A stretch of 64,000 nucleotides of DNA from Squalus acanthias (GCA_030390025.1 CM059432.1:145950001-146014000), one strand, 5' to 3'. Positions 1 to 12,221 are shown, counted from the first letter of the stretch. Notes: generated by a model from the letters alone, not told the origin. Translations and numbers: made by a program.

Positions 1-700
1 TCCTGGTCCTGAGCTGAGGCTGCAGATCTGGTTGCAGGAGGTGACGGAGCTCAGTGACCACCTCCTTGCTGAAGCGCAGCCTTCGGAAACACTGCTCCTC
101 AGACAAATAAATGTCGGAGAATTGCTCCTGGAATACCCTGGGAGGGTAAGGTCTCCTGTGCAGAGACCTGTTGGCCCTCCTCCCTCTGGCAACGTTTGCC
201 ACTCTCTCTCTGCACCTCTGCTGCCTCCGAAGGTGAAGCTGGAAGACGACGCCCCGAGTTAGTGCAGCCCCCATAAAAGCTTCTAAAAATGCTAAATATG
301 AAGGTCAAGTAAATAGGAATCTCAAAAGTGGTGCTGAGGACCTAAACTCCTTCGGACAGCATTAAATCTCTCCAGACGTCTCTCTCCCTCTCAACCTGCA
401 TGTACCAAAAATGTTGCCGACAAGAAAAAGCAGGAAGCGCCCGTCTTTAAATAGCGCTCCCCCAACCCCTTCCCGACTTGAAAACGTTCTCCTCTACCTG
501 TCGTTCCTAACGGCAGGCGCTAAGGCAGGGGGCGTGAATTAATTTCCGGGCGCAGGAGATCGTGGCGGTAGTGTTTAACACCAGCGCAAAACGACAGGTC
601 AATTTCGCGAGTGGCGCTAAAATCGCCACGCTCGGGCGCTAAGTTGCTAGCGCCCCCTGGAGGCGCGAACAGGAGGCGCTAACCAACCAAAGTTTTCCCC
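1..700 (-). mobile_element. End of a PIF/Harbinger transposon (transposase 5' part plus subterminal region and TIR)
   Basis: Bases 1-275 are homologous to the transposase 5' region at 26800-27080; 440-700 is homologous to 39830-40160; terminus AAAGTTTTCCCC. Confidence 0.75.
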
Positions 701-890
701 TTTGTGATTCTAGATGCAGTTTCAAAGCTATGTGTGCCAGTTAGCACTACCTCTCTTAAAATGGTACAGCACCGCTGTATCATTTTAGGAGAGATAGTGC
801 TATCTGAGGATTTGATATGGGGGGCAGGCAGAGTTAAATATGCCCGGTGTCGCCGTGAGTACTTCAGTTTAAGTCTGCAATGGAGATTAC

Positions 891-1005
891 CTGAAATTGC
901 GATCTGTACTGATGCAGACTCCATTCTGGCAAAATTAAACTCTCTTAGAATCAGTTCCTTCTCTCTATTCAGTGCTTCCATGTATTTGGAAAAAGCCCAG
1001 GAATG
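891..1005 (-). CDS. RGS22: RGS22 coding exon: HSWAFSKYMEALNREKELILREFNFARMESASVQIAIS(G); may instead read through to a stop at 679
   Basis: Acceptor caacag|CAT, candidate donor CAG|gtaatc; resembles W.YSKYIEALEQE. Confidence 0.8.
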
Positions 1006-2805
1006 CTGTTGAGTAGAAAAGTAAAATCAGTATTCTGATTGACTTACTGTTAAAAGTAAAACAGTAGCATTTTCCTTTCCTACAGTATAAGGTGTATTAT
1101 TATTGACTAAATAAACTGCCCCCAAAAATACATTGCATAATCCAATGACTGATGTTAAAAAATATATCTAAGAGACGTGCCTACGCAAAAGATAGTTGAT
1201 GAGCTGCTTGGTCCCTGAAAACATCACACCAAGGAAGACTATTGGTCTAAAATGTACAAGCTAGAGTTTCATTTGATTTATCTTTTGAGGGTGGAGTAAG
1301 AAACTTTGCAAAACTTTCCCTCAGGATATGAAATAGTTTCGAGTGAGTCTACAACAAAGTAAATTTGCACACTGCGGAAAGAAGGGGCTGAATATTTTTT
1401 TCTTATTTTTGCACTAAATTATGCTCTTAGTTGTTGCACAATTACTTCGCATGAATAGAGAATGTTCCAATAAAAAAACGCTTTCTGGATGAAGGTTCAC
1501 ATCAAGGTTCAGTGGTGGGAAAGGGTTCTTAGGGCTTCTTGACAGAACTCAGAGAGCAGAGGCAAGAAAATTGGAGACACTAGCAGGAGATGGCAAGTAC
1601 AATATGGCCTTACAAGAACATAAGAAATAGGAGCAGGAGTAGGCCATACGGCCCTTTGAGCCCGCTCTGCCATTCAATAAGATCATGGCTGATCTTCGAC
1701 CTCAACTCCACTTTCCTGCCCGATCTTCATATCCCTTGAATCCCCTAGAGTCCAAAAATCTATCTATCTCAACCTTGAATATAATCAACGACTCAGCATC
1801 CTCAGCCCTATGGGGTAGAGAATTCCAAAGATTCACAAACATCTGAGTGAAGAAATTCCTCCTCAGGTCAGTCTTAAATGGCCGACCTCTTATCCTGAGA
1901 CTATGCCCCCTAGTTCTAGATTCTCCAGCCCGGGGAAACAACCTCTCAGCATCTACCCTGTCAATCCCCCTCAGAATCTGATATGTTTCAATGAGATCAC
2001 CTCTCATTCTTCTAAACTGCATAGAGTAAAAGCCCAATCTAGTCAATCTCTCCTCATAGGACAACCCTCTCATCCCAGGGATCAATCTAGTGAACCTTCG
2101 TTGCACCGCCTCAAAGGCATGTATGTCCTTTCTCAGATAAGGAGACCAGAACTGTGCACAGTACTCCAGGTGTGGTCTCACCAAAGCCCTGTACAATTGT
2201 AGTAAGATTTCCTTACTCTTGTACTCCAACCCCCTTGCAATAAAGGCCAACATGCCATTTGCCTTCCTAATTGCTTGCTGTACCTGCATACTAACTTTCT
2301 ATGTTTCCTGTATGAGTGCACCTAAATCTCTTTGAACACCAACATTTAATAGTTTCTCACCATTAAAAAATATTCTGTTTTTCTATTCTTCTTACCAAAA
2401 TGAATAACCTCACATTTCCTCATGTTATATACTCCATTTGCCACCTTATTGCCCACTCACTTAATCTGTCTGTATCCCTTTGCAGGCTCTTTGTGTCTTC
2501 CTCAAACCTTACTTTCCCACCTAGCTTTGTATCATCAGCAAACTTGCATACATTACACTCGGTCCCTTCATCTAAGTCATTAATATAGATTGTAAACAGC
2601 TGAGGTCCAAGCACTAATCCTTGCAGCACCCCACTAGTTACAGTCTGCCAATCTGAAAATGACCCGTTTATCCCTACTCTCTGTTTTCTGTCCATTACCC
2701 AATCCTCTATCCATGCTAATATATTACCCCCAACCCATGAGTCCTTATCTTGCGTAATAACCTTTTATGTGGTATCTTATCGAATGCCTTTTGGAAATCC
2801 AAATA

Positions 2806-3179
2806 CAGGAAACTCTTTGGTATCCGGCACCTACGGGACCGGGATGGTGCCGGTTGATTAAAAATTCTGGATAACGGAGAGGTATACCTACCAAGGTACG
2901 AGAGCCCCATTACACAGGAGTCCCTGTTACACGGCCACAGGTGCAGGAACCCCGGTTACACGGCCACAGATCCAGGAGTCCCTGTTACACGGCCACAGGT
3001 GCAGGAACCCCGGTTACACGGCCACAGATCCAGGAGTCCCTGTTACACGGCCACAGGTGCAGGAACCCCGGTTACACGGCCACTAATATACAGTAAAACT
3101 TACCTGAACCTACTCCTGAATTTTGCCGGTTAATAGAGATTTCCGGATATTTAGGTGCCGTTTAAACGAGAGTTTCCTG
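2806..3179. mobile_element. Tc1/mariner (Tigger/pogo-like) MITE containing a 58-bp tandem repeat
   Basis: TIRs CAGGAAACTCT...AGAGTTTCCTG, TA TSD, interrupts the CR1 at the YLDFQ codons. Confidence 0.85.
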
Positions 3180-3863
3180 TATACTACATCCACTGGTTCC
3201 CCTTTATCTATCCTACTCGTTACATTCCCAAAAAACTCTAATAAATTTGTTAAACACGATTTCCCTTTCATAAAACCATGTTGACTCTGCCTAATCATAT
3301 TATGATTTTCTAAGTGCCCTGTTACCACTTCCTTAATAATGGATTCCAGCATTTTCCCAACGACTGATCTCAGGCTAACTGACCTGTAGTTCCCTGTTTT
3401 CTCTCTCTCTCCTTTCTTGAATAGCGGGGTTACATTTGCTACCTTCCAATCCACTAGGACTGTTCTAGAATCTAGGGAATTTTGAAGATCACAACCAATG
3501 CATCCACTATCTCTGCAGCCACCTCTTTTAGAACCCTAGGATGTAGGCCGTCAGGTCCAGGGGATTTGTCGGCTTTTAGTCCCATTAGTTTCTCAAGTAC
3601 TTTTTCTCTACTGATATTAATTACTTTAAGTTCCTCACTCTTATTAGACCCTTGGTGCCCACCATTTTTGGTCTGCTTTTTGTGTCTTCTACTATGAAGA
3701 CAGATACAAAATATTTGTTTAAAGTCTCTGCCATTTCCTTATTCCCCATAATAATTTCACCTGTTTCAGCCTCCAAGATGCGGAGATGCCGGTGTTGGAC
3801 TGGGGTGGACAAAAGTGAGAAGTCGCACAACACCAGGTTATAGTCCAACAGTTTTATTTAAAA

Positions 3864-3900
3864 TCACAAGCTTTCGGAGCGCTACTCCTTCGTCAGGTGA
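3864..3900 (-). ncRNA. Minimal type I hammerhead ribozyme (inverted copy)
   Basis: Reverse complement reads TCAC CTGACGA A GGAGT agc GCTCC GAAA GCTT GTGA. Confidence 0.75.
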
Positions 3901-3902
3901 AG

Positions 3903-3939
3903 TCACCTGACGAAGGAGCAGCGCTCCGAAAGCTTGTGA
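3903..3939 (+). ncRNA. Minimal type I hammerhead ribozyme
   Basis: TCAC-CTGACGA-A-GGAGC/agc/GCTCC-GAAA-GC-TT-GTGA: core CUGANGA...GAAA with stems I and II. Confidence 0.8.
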
Positions 3940-4559
3940 TTTCAAATAAAGCTGTTGGACTATAACCTGGTGTTGTGCGACTTCTCACTTTTAGCCTCCA
4001 AGAGACCAGTGCTTACTTTGGCTACTCTTTTCCTTTTTACATACTTGTAGAAACTCTTACAATCTGTTTTTATACTTCTTGCTAGTTTACTCTCATTTTA
4101 TTTTCTCTCTTTTTATTAATATTTTGATCATTTTATTAATTTTTAAATTAATTTTTAGGTTTCTAAAGCTCTCCCAATCCTCAAGCTTACTACTATTCTT
4201 CGCAAAATTATCAGCCTCTTCTTTTAATCTAATGCTATCCTTAACTTCTTCAGTTAGCCACGGATGGATCACTTTTCCCGTGGAGATTTTATTTCTCAAT
4301 GGAATGTATATGGAATGAACTAGAGGAGAGAGCCAGAGGGTAGAAAAAGAGGGCCACAGTGGCCGGAATTTTCCTAGTCCCAAGTGTGCGGATTTGGGGG
4401 CAGGACAGCAGTAAAAATCACTGAAATTGCCGGTGCATCGGGAACCCGTCGTCATCCTGTCAACTTCTGCATTTAACTTGGGCGCGTTGATACTCACTAT
4501 CACAACACTGAGGGATTGGGCCTCTGATCTCCACTTTACCTGCCATCTATTAGATCAAC

Positions 4560-5790
4560 ATGGGTGCCGCTTATGCTGTCTCATCTTGGACCTCAGAATC
4601 GGACCAAGATGAGCCCCAGCACCAAAAGCACCAGCAGCAGCAGCAGCAACCACACCAGCAGCCTTCTCCTCAATGACCTGATGCTCTACTGGAGAGAGGG
4701 GATGAGCACAGGGCAGCACTGCGCCGGAGGCGATCCCCCCAACACAGGGTATTATACAGGCAGAGGATGAGCTTCTTGGGCATGACTGAGCAGCAGTGCT
4801 TCAGGAGGCTCAGGCTATCGCGCCAGGTCGTCGCAGACATTTGTAGCTTGCTGGAACAAGACCTGCTGCCCAGAGGTCCTGGTGGACATGCCTTACCAAT
4901 GGCTGTTAAAGTCACCACTGCCCTCAACTTTTTTGCCTCAGGCTCCTTCCAGGGATCTGCAGCAGACATTTGCAGGATCTCACAGTCGGCCACCCACAGA
5001 TACATCACCCAGGTGACCGTTTGACAAGTCAGCCAATTACGTCAACTTTTCCACTGATGATGCCAGTGTTACTGAGCGGGCGCTGGGCTATGCGGCTCTA
5101 GCTGGCTTTCCACAGGTGCAGGGTATCATCGACTGCACACATGTGGCCATCAAGGCACCCCCACATCACCCAGGAACGTTAGTGAACCACAAGGGCTTCC
5201 ACTCCCTTAATGTGCAGCTCGTCTGCAACCATAAAAAGATCATCATGCATGTGTGCGTCAGATTCCCTGGCAGCTATCATGACTCTTTTGTGCTGCACCA
5301 GTCCACCCTCCCTCAGCTATTCGCACCTCCAAACAGACTTACCGGCTGGCTGCTTGGAGACAAGGGCTATCCACTGAAGATGTGGCTGATGACACCCTTG
5401 AGGAGGCCAAGTATTGAGGCCAAGGAGCTTTACAATGAGAGCCACATGTCCACCAGATGTGTCATAGAGCAAGCAATAGGCATGTTGAAGATGCGCTTCA
5501 GATGCCTTGACAGATCTGGAGGAGCCCTTCAGTACGCACCAGCCAGGGTCTCCAGAATCATCGCTGTTTGCTGCGCACTGCTCAACAGAGCACAGCAGTG
5601 AGGATTGGATCTGCAGGAGGAGCAAGGCGCAGAGTGCAGGGCCTTTTCAGAGCAGGAGGAGGAGGAGGAGGAACAGGTGGAAGATGAGGAGGAGGAGGAA
5701 GATCAACCTGAGGTGGAGATCGCACCAGCAGCGGCTCACATTGCTGCTCGGGTGGCCCGGGATGGCCTCATAATGGCCAGATTTACTTAA
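4560..5790 (+). pseudogene. Harbinger DDE transposase (HARBI1-like), frameshifted
   Basis: IIDCTH, HDSFV, LLGDKGY and VIEQAIG.LK.RFRCL motifs; acidic tail; split across frames. Confidence 0.92.
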
Positions 5791-6059
5791 CTTGCTCCAA
5801 TGCATCCATATGGCTGGCACATGCTGTACTAAGTTCCCCCCATCACTCCCAATGACACTATAAAGCAGCCCTACAATGACTAAGCCATTCCTCTCACCCA
5901 AGCCCTCAGTGCTCGAGGTTAACTAATGTCTCACCATTCACTCCAAGTGACAAGGCCACTTCCCAGGTAGCAGGCAAAAATGGAAATGACCGGAAAGTGG
6001 TGCAAAAAAATAAATTTATCTGTGTCATAAATATAACTGAAACTTAGCACTAACATTTT

Positions 6060-7934
6060 TCATACACCCACGTGTATACCCTTGTGCATCGAGGATTGTG
6101 ACATTTTTCTTTTCCGAACGCTTCTACGAGGTGCAACCCCCTGTGGCTTCAGCAGAGGTAAAGGCGGGCTGCTCACTTCCCTGCTGCGACTGCTTAGACA
6201 CTTTTGGCAGATGTCCTCTGGGTTTCGGAGCCTGTGATGGCCCCGCCAAAGTCTGCTCCTTCTGCGACTGTGCAAGGGGCAGACTCGGCCATCGGGCTCC
6301 GAGGAAGCAAGTGGGGCTCCGACTGAGGGGGAGGCAACGGGGGAGATGTGCTTTGAGAAGGAGCCCCCACTTCCACGTCCACTCTCAACATCATCCCTCT
6401 CATGGGCCACCCGCACTTCCCTGCTAGCAAGGAGCTGGAGAGCACCCTGCTGCACAGCAGTGGGGCGATGAAGGTCCAAGTCTACATTTATATCCCTCCT
6501 CGAGAGGAGGTCAATGAGTGTCTGTCATCTGTTGTCCACAGCTAGCATGTGCTAATGTGACTGGTGCATTTGCTGCTCATCCTTTCCATGGAACAGCACA
6601 TCGTCGCCATCGCCTGCGACATGGTGGTGCTCATGTTGGAGATGGACTCCTCCGTTCTCTGCACATTTGCACACACTGCGGCTGCAAAAGCTGCCAGAGC
6701 CTCATGCGATTGTTGCTGCCCCTCTTTTTCGATGGCCCCCGAGGTTCAGCGTCTGCATGTAGCTCAGCAGAGCTTGGAGCGTCCTGCGCCCTCCGGCGAG
6801 GAGCCTCCACTGCTGTCCCTGTCAACACCATCTGCTCTTGCTCACTTGTGATGTGAGACACACCAGGTGACGACTCTACTCTATCTCGCAGAGGATCCAC
6901 CGAGGTGTGCGTATCTGCGCTGGTGCTGGCTGCGCTTGGGTCTGCTGACGGTGCACCCTCAAAGGCTGGGGCTTCCTCTGAGGAGTCGTCTTCCTCCTGC
7001 GGCTGGACAGTGGGGGGTGGGTGGGGCACTTGATGGACCTGTAGGAGAGTAAAGAGATGAATTAGAAGTGTTATAATAATGATGGGTAACGTTACCATTA
7101 TGCACATGATAACATTTCACTGGATGCTGACATCAGTCACCATACGAGTGACTGTTGTATGCCATGTGGCTGTATGAGATTTAATTCTGTCACCAGGTTG
7201 CTGGGAGGTCCCCCTCTCTTTGTCTCCCACCGCCAACAGCTCTGCAATTCCAGAGATCTCTAGGACCTCCTCCTCTGCTGGAGTCAATTGACTGAAGACT
7301 GGAGGGCCACCTCCGGTTCTCTGCCTCTCCCTATTGTTGTGGGCTCTCTTCTCCTGCAAGGAGGGAAAGAAGAGAACTTTGAGTGAGAGTGATGGAATGA
7401 GTATAAGGAATGGATGGGCTACATCTGTAGAGGGTGACAAAGAGGGAGTGACGTGACATTGCCAAATGGCCTCCTTCTGTGGTGTTAGTTGATATGATTG
7501 TATTATGATGAGGGTGAGTGTCAGTGCTGGTTAGTCAGATGGGGATGTAAGTAGGTTCATAGACAGAAAGGGATAGATGGACCTGCAAGGTAGGTTGGTG
7601 TGAGGAATGATGTGCAGGAGTAGGCTTGGGAAGGCAGAGTGAGGGGGTTGTGGTGACAGGCACATCAGGATGTAAGTGAGTGTGGCATTGTGCTCACCTT
7701 TCTTGACCTCATGAGATCATTGAATCTTTTCCGGCACTGGATCCACGTCCTACTGACGACATCGCTGCTGCTGACCTCCTCTGCGATCTCCAGCCATGCC
7801 CTTTCTGTGTCTTTGGGTGGTCGCTTTCGTCGATCGCCAGGGACGAGGACCTCCCTGCGTGCTCTTACTGCCTGCACCAGAACTTCCAGGGAGACATCGG
7901 TGAATCTTGGCGCTGCCCTCTGTCTTGTCTCCAT
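6060..7934 (-). pseudogene. Harbinger Myb/SANT DNA-binding gene, spliced (exons about 7934-7698, 7353-7194, 7038-6060)
   Basis: RAAPRFTD..LEVLV...W.EIA..V....RTW.QC.KRFNDL trihelix/SANT signature; GT-AG introns; frameshifts in the last exon. Confidence 0.85.
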
Positions 7935-9269
7935 GACCCACGGTTTTATCAGTTTTATTGCGTTATTGCGACCTCTGGAAACCACCTTATGCACTCGTAC
8001 ATCAACCTTCAAATGAGATGTGTGCAAGGTTGCTTTAAATATTCGCGCTGAAAACGAGTCATCGGTGACGTCATCAGACCCACTTCATTTAATTGGGCCG
8101 GGAAACGCGCATGGACTGTTTTAATTGGGGCTATTAAGTTAAACACGCAGTGCAGAACGTGCTGTTCACATCTTTGGGTTCCCGACCTGTGACGTGGCCC
8201 GCACGCACGCAACCCGACTCCAAGGTAAAGATTCTGGCCAGTGTGCGGAGACTACCATAGAGCAGATGGCCAGAAAAAAATAGCAGATAGTTTCATTATT
8301 TTTTTACCTTTTGGCTCAAATCTGCTATGAACTGAAACCTGTGCCCCTTATACCTGCCAGGAGTGGGAAAGCTTGCCACAGATCTAATTACCTTTAGTTA
8401 TAGTATATAGTGCACCAAAAATTACATGGGATGCCCATCACAATCTCCTGTCTTCTTCGAAAAGCAGAAAATATCATGCCACCGTACCAATATGTATAAT
8501 CTAAACCAATTGACTTATTTACAGGTAGAACAATACGTAGAAGGAGAGAGACACAAATAGATACCATAAAGGTAGGTTTTACAAAATTGCAATTCTGGCA
8601 TGAAGTTTCAAGAGCTTATTTTAATAGATGGAGAATCCTGTGGGGCCTGAATTCCCGATATGGCAGGCAAATTTCCGTGCTAGGATTTTGTAAAAAGTTT
8701 ACTCTGTAGAGTATATTAAATGGAAGATGGGTAAGGGAAAGTAGCCACAAATTCCCCCTTCAATGAAGACAGCTTGGATCTTCTCTGAGAAGAGGTGCAG
8801 CTGAGGAGGGTAGCCATATTTGAGCTGAGGGGAATCCTGCACTGTGCAAAAACATGCAACAAGCAAGGCAGGAGGGAGTATATTCAGTCACCCGTGCTCA
8901 CAGGTCGTGGGGGCAGACAAGAAAAATGTTTTTGGACCTGAGGAAGACTGCCAATATAAGGCAAGCCAGAATTTTCCAGCTCTAAGCATAGAGTCATATC
9001 ATACCTCTGACAAACACTGTACTCCTAACCTGGTTCAGTATGCACCTGTCCAGACTGCCTACACCTTCAAATAATGTTGGCATATTGGACTGCTGTAAAA
9101 TAAAGCCATCGTGGCTATGCCCAGGGTATCTCACATCCACTTGCATGATTCTGTGCTTGTGGTCCAAGACCAACTACACATTAAAGGAATAGTCTTTCCT
9201 ATTCACATTCAAGCTGAGCTGCATCACATAACATAATTAAAACTTTATCTCAAACACTGACAAACACGG

Positions 9270-10008
9270 TCCCACTACTCACATGCTGATCCTGCTCCTT
9301 CACCTCCTACCTTCCCACCGTCCAGGGCCCCAAACATTCCTTTGAGGTAAAACAGCGATTTCCCTGTATACTGTATTCGCTGCTCACGATATGGTCTCCT
9401 CTACATTGGGGAGTCCAAATGCAGATTGGCTGATCGCTTTCCTCAACACCGCCGTTCAGTCCACAAGCGTGACCCCGAGCTTCTGGTCACTTGTCACTTT
9501 AATACTCCATCCCACTCTGACCTCTCTGTCCTCAGCCTCTATACTGCTCCAATGAAGCTCAATGCAAGCTCGAGGATCAGCACCCATCTTTCGATCAGGC
9601 TCTTTATACCTAACATTGAGTTTAACAATTTCAGATCATAACCACCGCTCCCATTTTCATGGAGAGCAGGTACTGGTAATGGTTCTGCTGTTACCATTTA
9701 CACCAACTCTGGACCCATCTTCTGCTTCTTTACTTGTCCCATTACCACCCCGTTTTGCCTTGTACCATCATCCCTTTTGTCATTTAATCACTCCTGCCTT
9801 CTACCCTATTACAGACCTTCCCTTTGGTCTTTCCTCCCATTCACCCCCCTTTTCCCCTGGCTCCGCACTCGCTTATAAACTGTTAAATCTCTAACTTCTT
9901 CCAGTTCTGATGAAAGGTCATCGATCTGAAACGTTAACTGTTTCTCTCTCCACAGATGCCATGCTGCCTGACCTGCCGAGTGTTTCCAACCTTTTTTGTT
10001 TTTATTTT
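9270..10008 (+). mobile_element. Penelope-like retroelement 3' fragment (GIY-YIG endonuclease remnant plus 3' end)
   Basis: YCIRCSRYGLLYIGE and RL.DRF..H.RSV...CHFN remnants; hammerhead near the 3' end. Confidence 0.8.
9902..9940 (+). ncRNA. Minimal type I hammerhead ribozyme (second family)
   Basis: CAGTT-CTGATGA-A-AGGTC/atc/GATCT-GAAA-CG-TT-AACTG. Confidence 0.75.
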
Positions 10009-10131
10009 ACGCCGATCCTGTGTTGATTTACTACTTCCACCCTTTAAAGACAGTTGACTTCCACTGGACTTGCTACCAGTATCCAAATAATGTAGTTGAT
10101 TGGCATCCTTATTTTTCACATCCTGAATATC
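9991..10131 (-). CDS. RGS22: Candidate poorly conserved RGS22 exon: DIQDVKNKDANQLHYLDTGSKSSGSQLSLKGGSSKSTQDRRKIKTKK (donor uncertain: 9991 or 9973)
   Basis: Acceptor ttttatag|GAT, open frame, lies between two phase-0 RGS22 exons; no recognisable protein similarity. Confidence 0.45.
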
Positions 10132-10796
10132 CTATAAAATCAAATCAAATACAGTCATCTTCAGTGACGCACAGGAGCAAAGAGGTAAATACATGAAGGC
10201 AAGTTGATACAGTAACACGCTGCAATAAAATATACAACAAACTGAAAACCTTGACTGTAAAATCCAATTGTACCTTCTTAACTGTGACTACTTTTTAGCA
10301 GAGATGGGAAATATTTTACCCTCTCATTACTCAGGTCTCTTCTGCCCATACACCAATTGGAAATGGGCCTGCAATTTATTCCCAGGCCTTCACTACTGCC
10401 ATTCTTATGCTAACTGCCAGAGGACATATGAAGGCGCCCAATGGCAATGAGTACATGCCCACTGCTAATTTTACTTCGGGTTTTTCCTCGGGATGCGGGT
10501 GACGCTGACAAGACCGGCACTTATTGCTCTTCCCTATTTGCTCTCGAGAAAAAAAAAACTGGTTTGTGGTGAAGCTCTCATCCTTCAAACTCAGCACATC
10601 TTCACAAAAACACAACTGACATCAGCAATTCAGTAGAGTGTCAGCTGCGGGTTCATTCCTCTGTGGTATTACATTAGGATCACACAAGACCATAAAATAG
10701 CTTTGTATGAAGAAGGTTCTTTGGTCAATTTGATCTCAGCCTTTCAGAATACTAAACCTACTTTTTTCCTATCTACCTCTTTCTTAAATGAGGCCA

Positions 10797-10845
10797 AAAA
10801 TGAGAAGTCGCACAACACCAGTCCAACAGATTTATTTAAAATTAG
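10797..10845. mobile_element. Very short Penelope-end fragment
   Basis: GAGAAGTCGCACAACACCAG shared with 3817, 12053 and 48038; flanking duplication ATGAGGCCA. Confidence 0.6.
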
Positions 10846-12048
10846 ATGAGGCCAGCTTGCTGGTTTCAATCTCCCTTCCTGGCAAGCCATTCAGCTGTTA
10901 ATCATTCTCCGTGTAAAAGAAAACATTTACAACCCTGAAGTTGTGCCCATTGTCCCGCTGCCCTGACATCTCTGAAAGTATTATTCTGGATTTATTTTCT
11001 CTGACCCATTATTTATCTATGGCACCCCTGCCTCCTGTGACAAGGGAAAAACAACAATGAGGAGAACAGTTGTCAATTAAATCCCAATATCCAATTACGC
11101 CTCTTTCTTGTTATTGTACCACTGGGGTACACACGGCAACCTTCAGACAATGGCAGGTATTTACACTGAGATTTAATCAATTGAAGAAAACTAAAATGGA
11201 CAATTATTTTTTTTGGAGGGGGCATGTTATCCTCCAGTAAGGCCACACAAGTTCTGTTTTCCTTTATTTTATCCCCTCACAAATTTCCCAGTTCAAAGGA
11301 TGAGATGGAAGCCTGTGTCCCAGGTCGTCACCAATGCTGCTGTTAGGGACTTGCCATATGAAGAGGGCGGTGAAGAAAACCTGTTAAGGGCAAATTGTGT
11401 TTGACTAACTTGATTTGAGTTTTTTGATGAGGTAACAGAGAGGGTGGATGAGGGCAGTGTAGTTGATGTTATGTATATGGAATTTCAAAAGGCGTCTGAT
11501 AAAGTACCACATATTAGGATTGTTAGCAAAATTGATGCCCATGGGATAAAAAGGGAGTTGCAGCATGGATACAAAATTGGCGAAGGGATAGAAAACAGAG
11601 AGTTGTGGCGAATGGCTGCTTTTTGGACTGGAGGGAGGTATACAGTGGAGTTCCCCAGGGTTCAGTGCTAGGACCACTGCTGTTTCTGATATAAACCAAT
11701 GAATTGAACTTGGGGGGGGTGCAGGGAACAAATTCGAAAGTTGCAGATGGCACGAAACTTGGAAGTGTAGTAAACAGTGAGGAAGATAGTAATAGGCTTC
11801 AAGAGGATATAGACAGGCTGGTGGAATGGGAGGACACATGGATGATGAAATTCAACACAGAAAAGTGTGAGGTGATACATTTTGGTAGGAAGAATGAGGA
11901 GAGACAGTACAAGTTAAACGGTACAATTTTAAAAGAGGAGCAAGAACAGAGAGTCCTGGGGGTGTTTGTACACAAATCTTTGAAGGTGGCAGGACAGGTT
12001 AACAAAGCAGTTAATAAAGCACGTGGGATCCTGGGCTTTATAAATCGA

Positions 12049-12221
12049 AAATGAGAAGTCGCACAACACCAGGTTATAGTCCAACAGATTTATTTAATTT
12101 TACAAGCTTTCGGAGCTGTCGCTCCTTCGTCAGGTAAGTTAGCAATGAGAGAATCTCCCAGAATTCACAATTTAAACCCAGACAAAAACCCAGTCCAACG
12201 CCGGCATCTCCACATCATGAC
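12049..12221. mobile_element. Penelope-like end with a minus-strand hammerhead at 12100-12137
   Basis: 13-bp duplication CTTTATAAATCGA; hammerhead TTAC CTGACGA A GGAGC gaca GCTCC GAAA GCTT GTAA. Confidence 0.8.

Larger units (their letters stand above)
3777..3992. mobile_element. Penelope-like element end with inverted duplication
   Basis: About 90-bp inverted arms centred near 3901; target duplication AGCCTCCAA. Confidence 0.8.
1615..4315 (-). mobile_element. CR1 LINE, 5'-truncated and decayed, with nested MITE and Penelope end
   Basis: ORF fragments with KFADDTK, YLDFQKAFD, RPHLEYC and LWNSLP; CR1 3' tail. Confidence 0.93.
4361..8239. mobile_element. Near full-length PIF/Harbinger transposon (about 3.9 kb, decayed)
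   Basis: TIRs GGCCGGAATT/GATTCTGGCC, AGT TSD in palindromic target CAC-AGT-GTG; two convergent genes. Confidence 0.9.

Noticed and set aside
4560..5790. Domesticated HARBI1 host gene
   Set aside because: Frameshifts and stops, flanking TIRs and TSD, and multiple related copies show that these are transposon relics.
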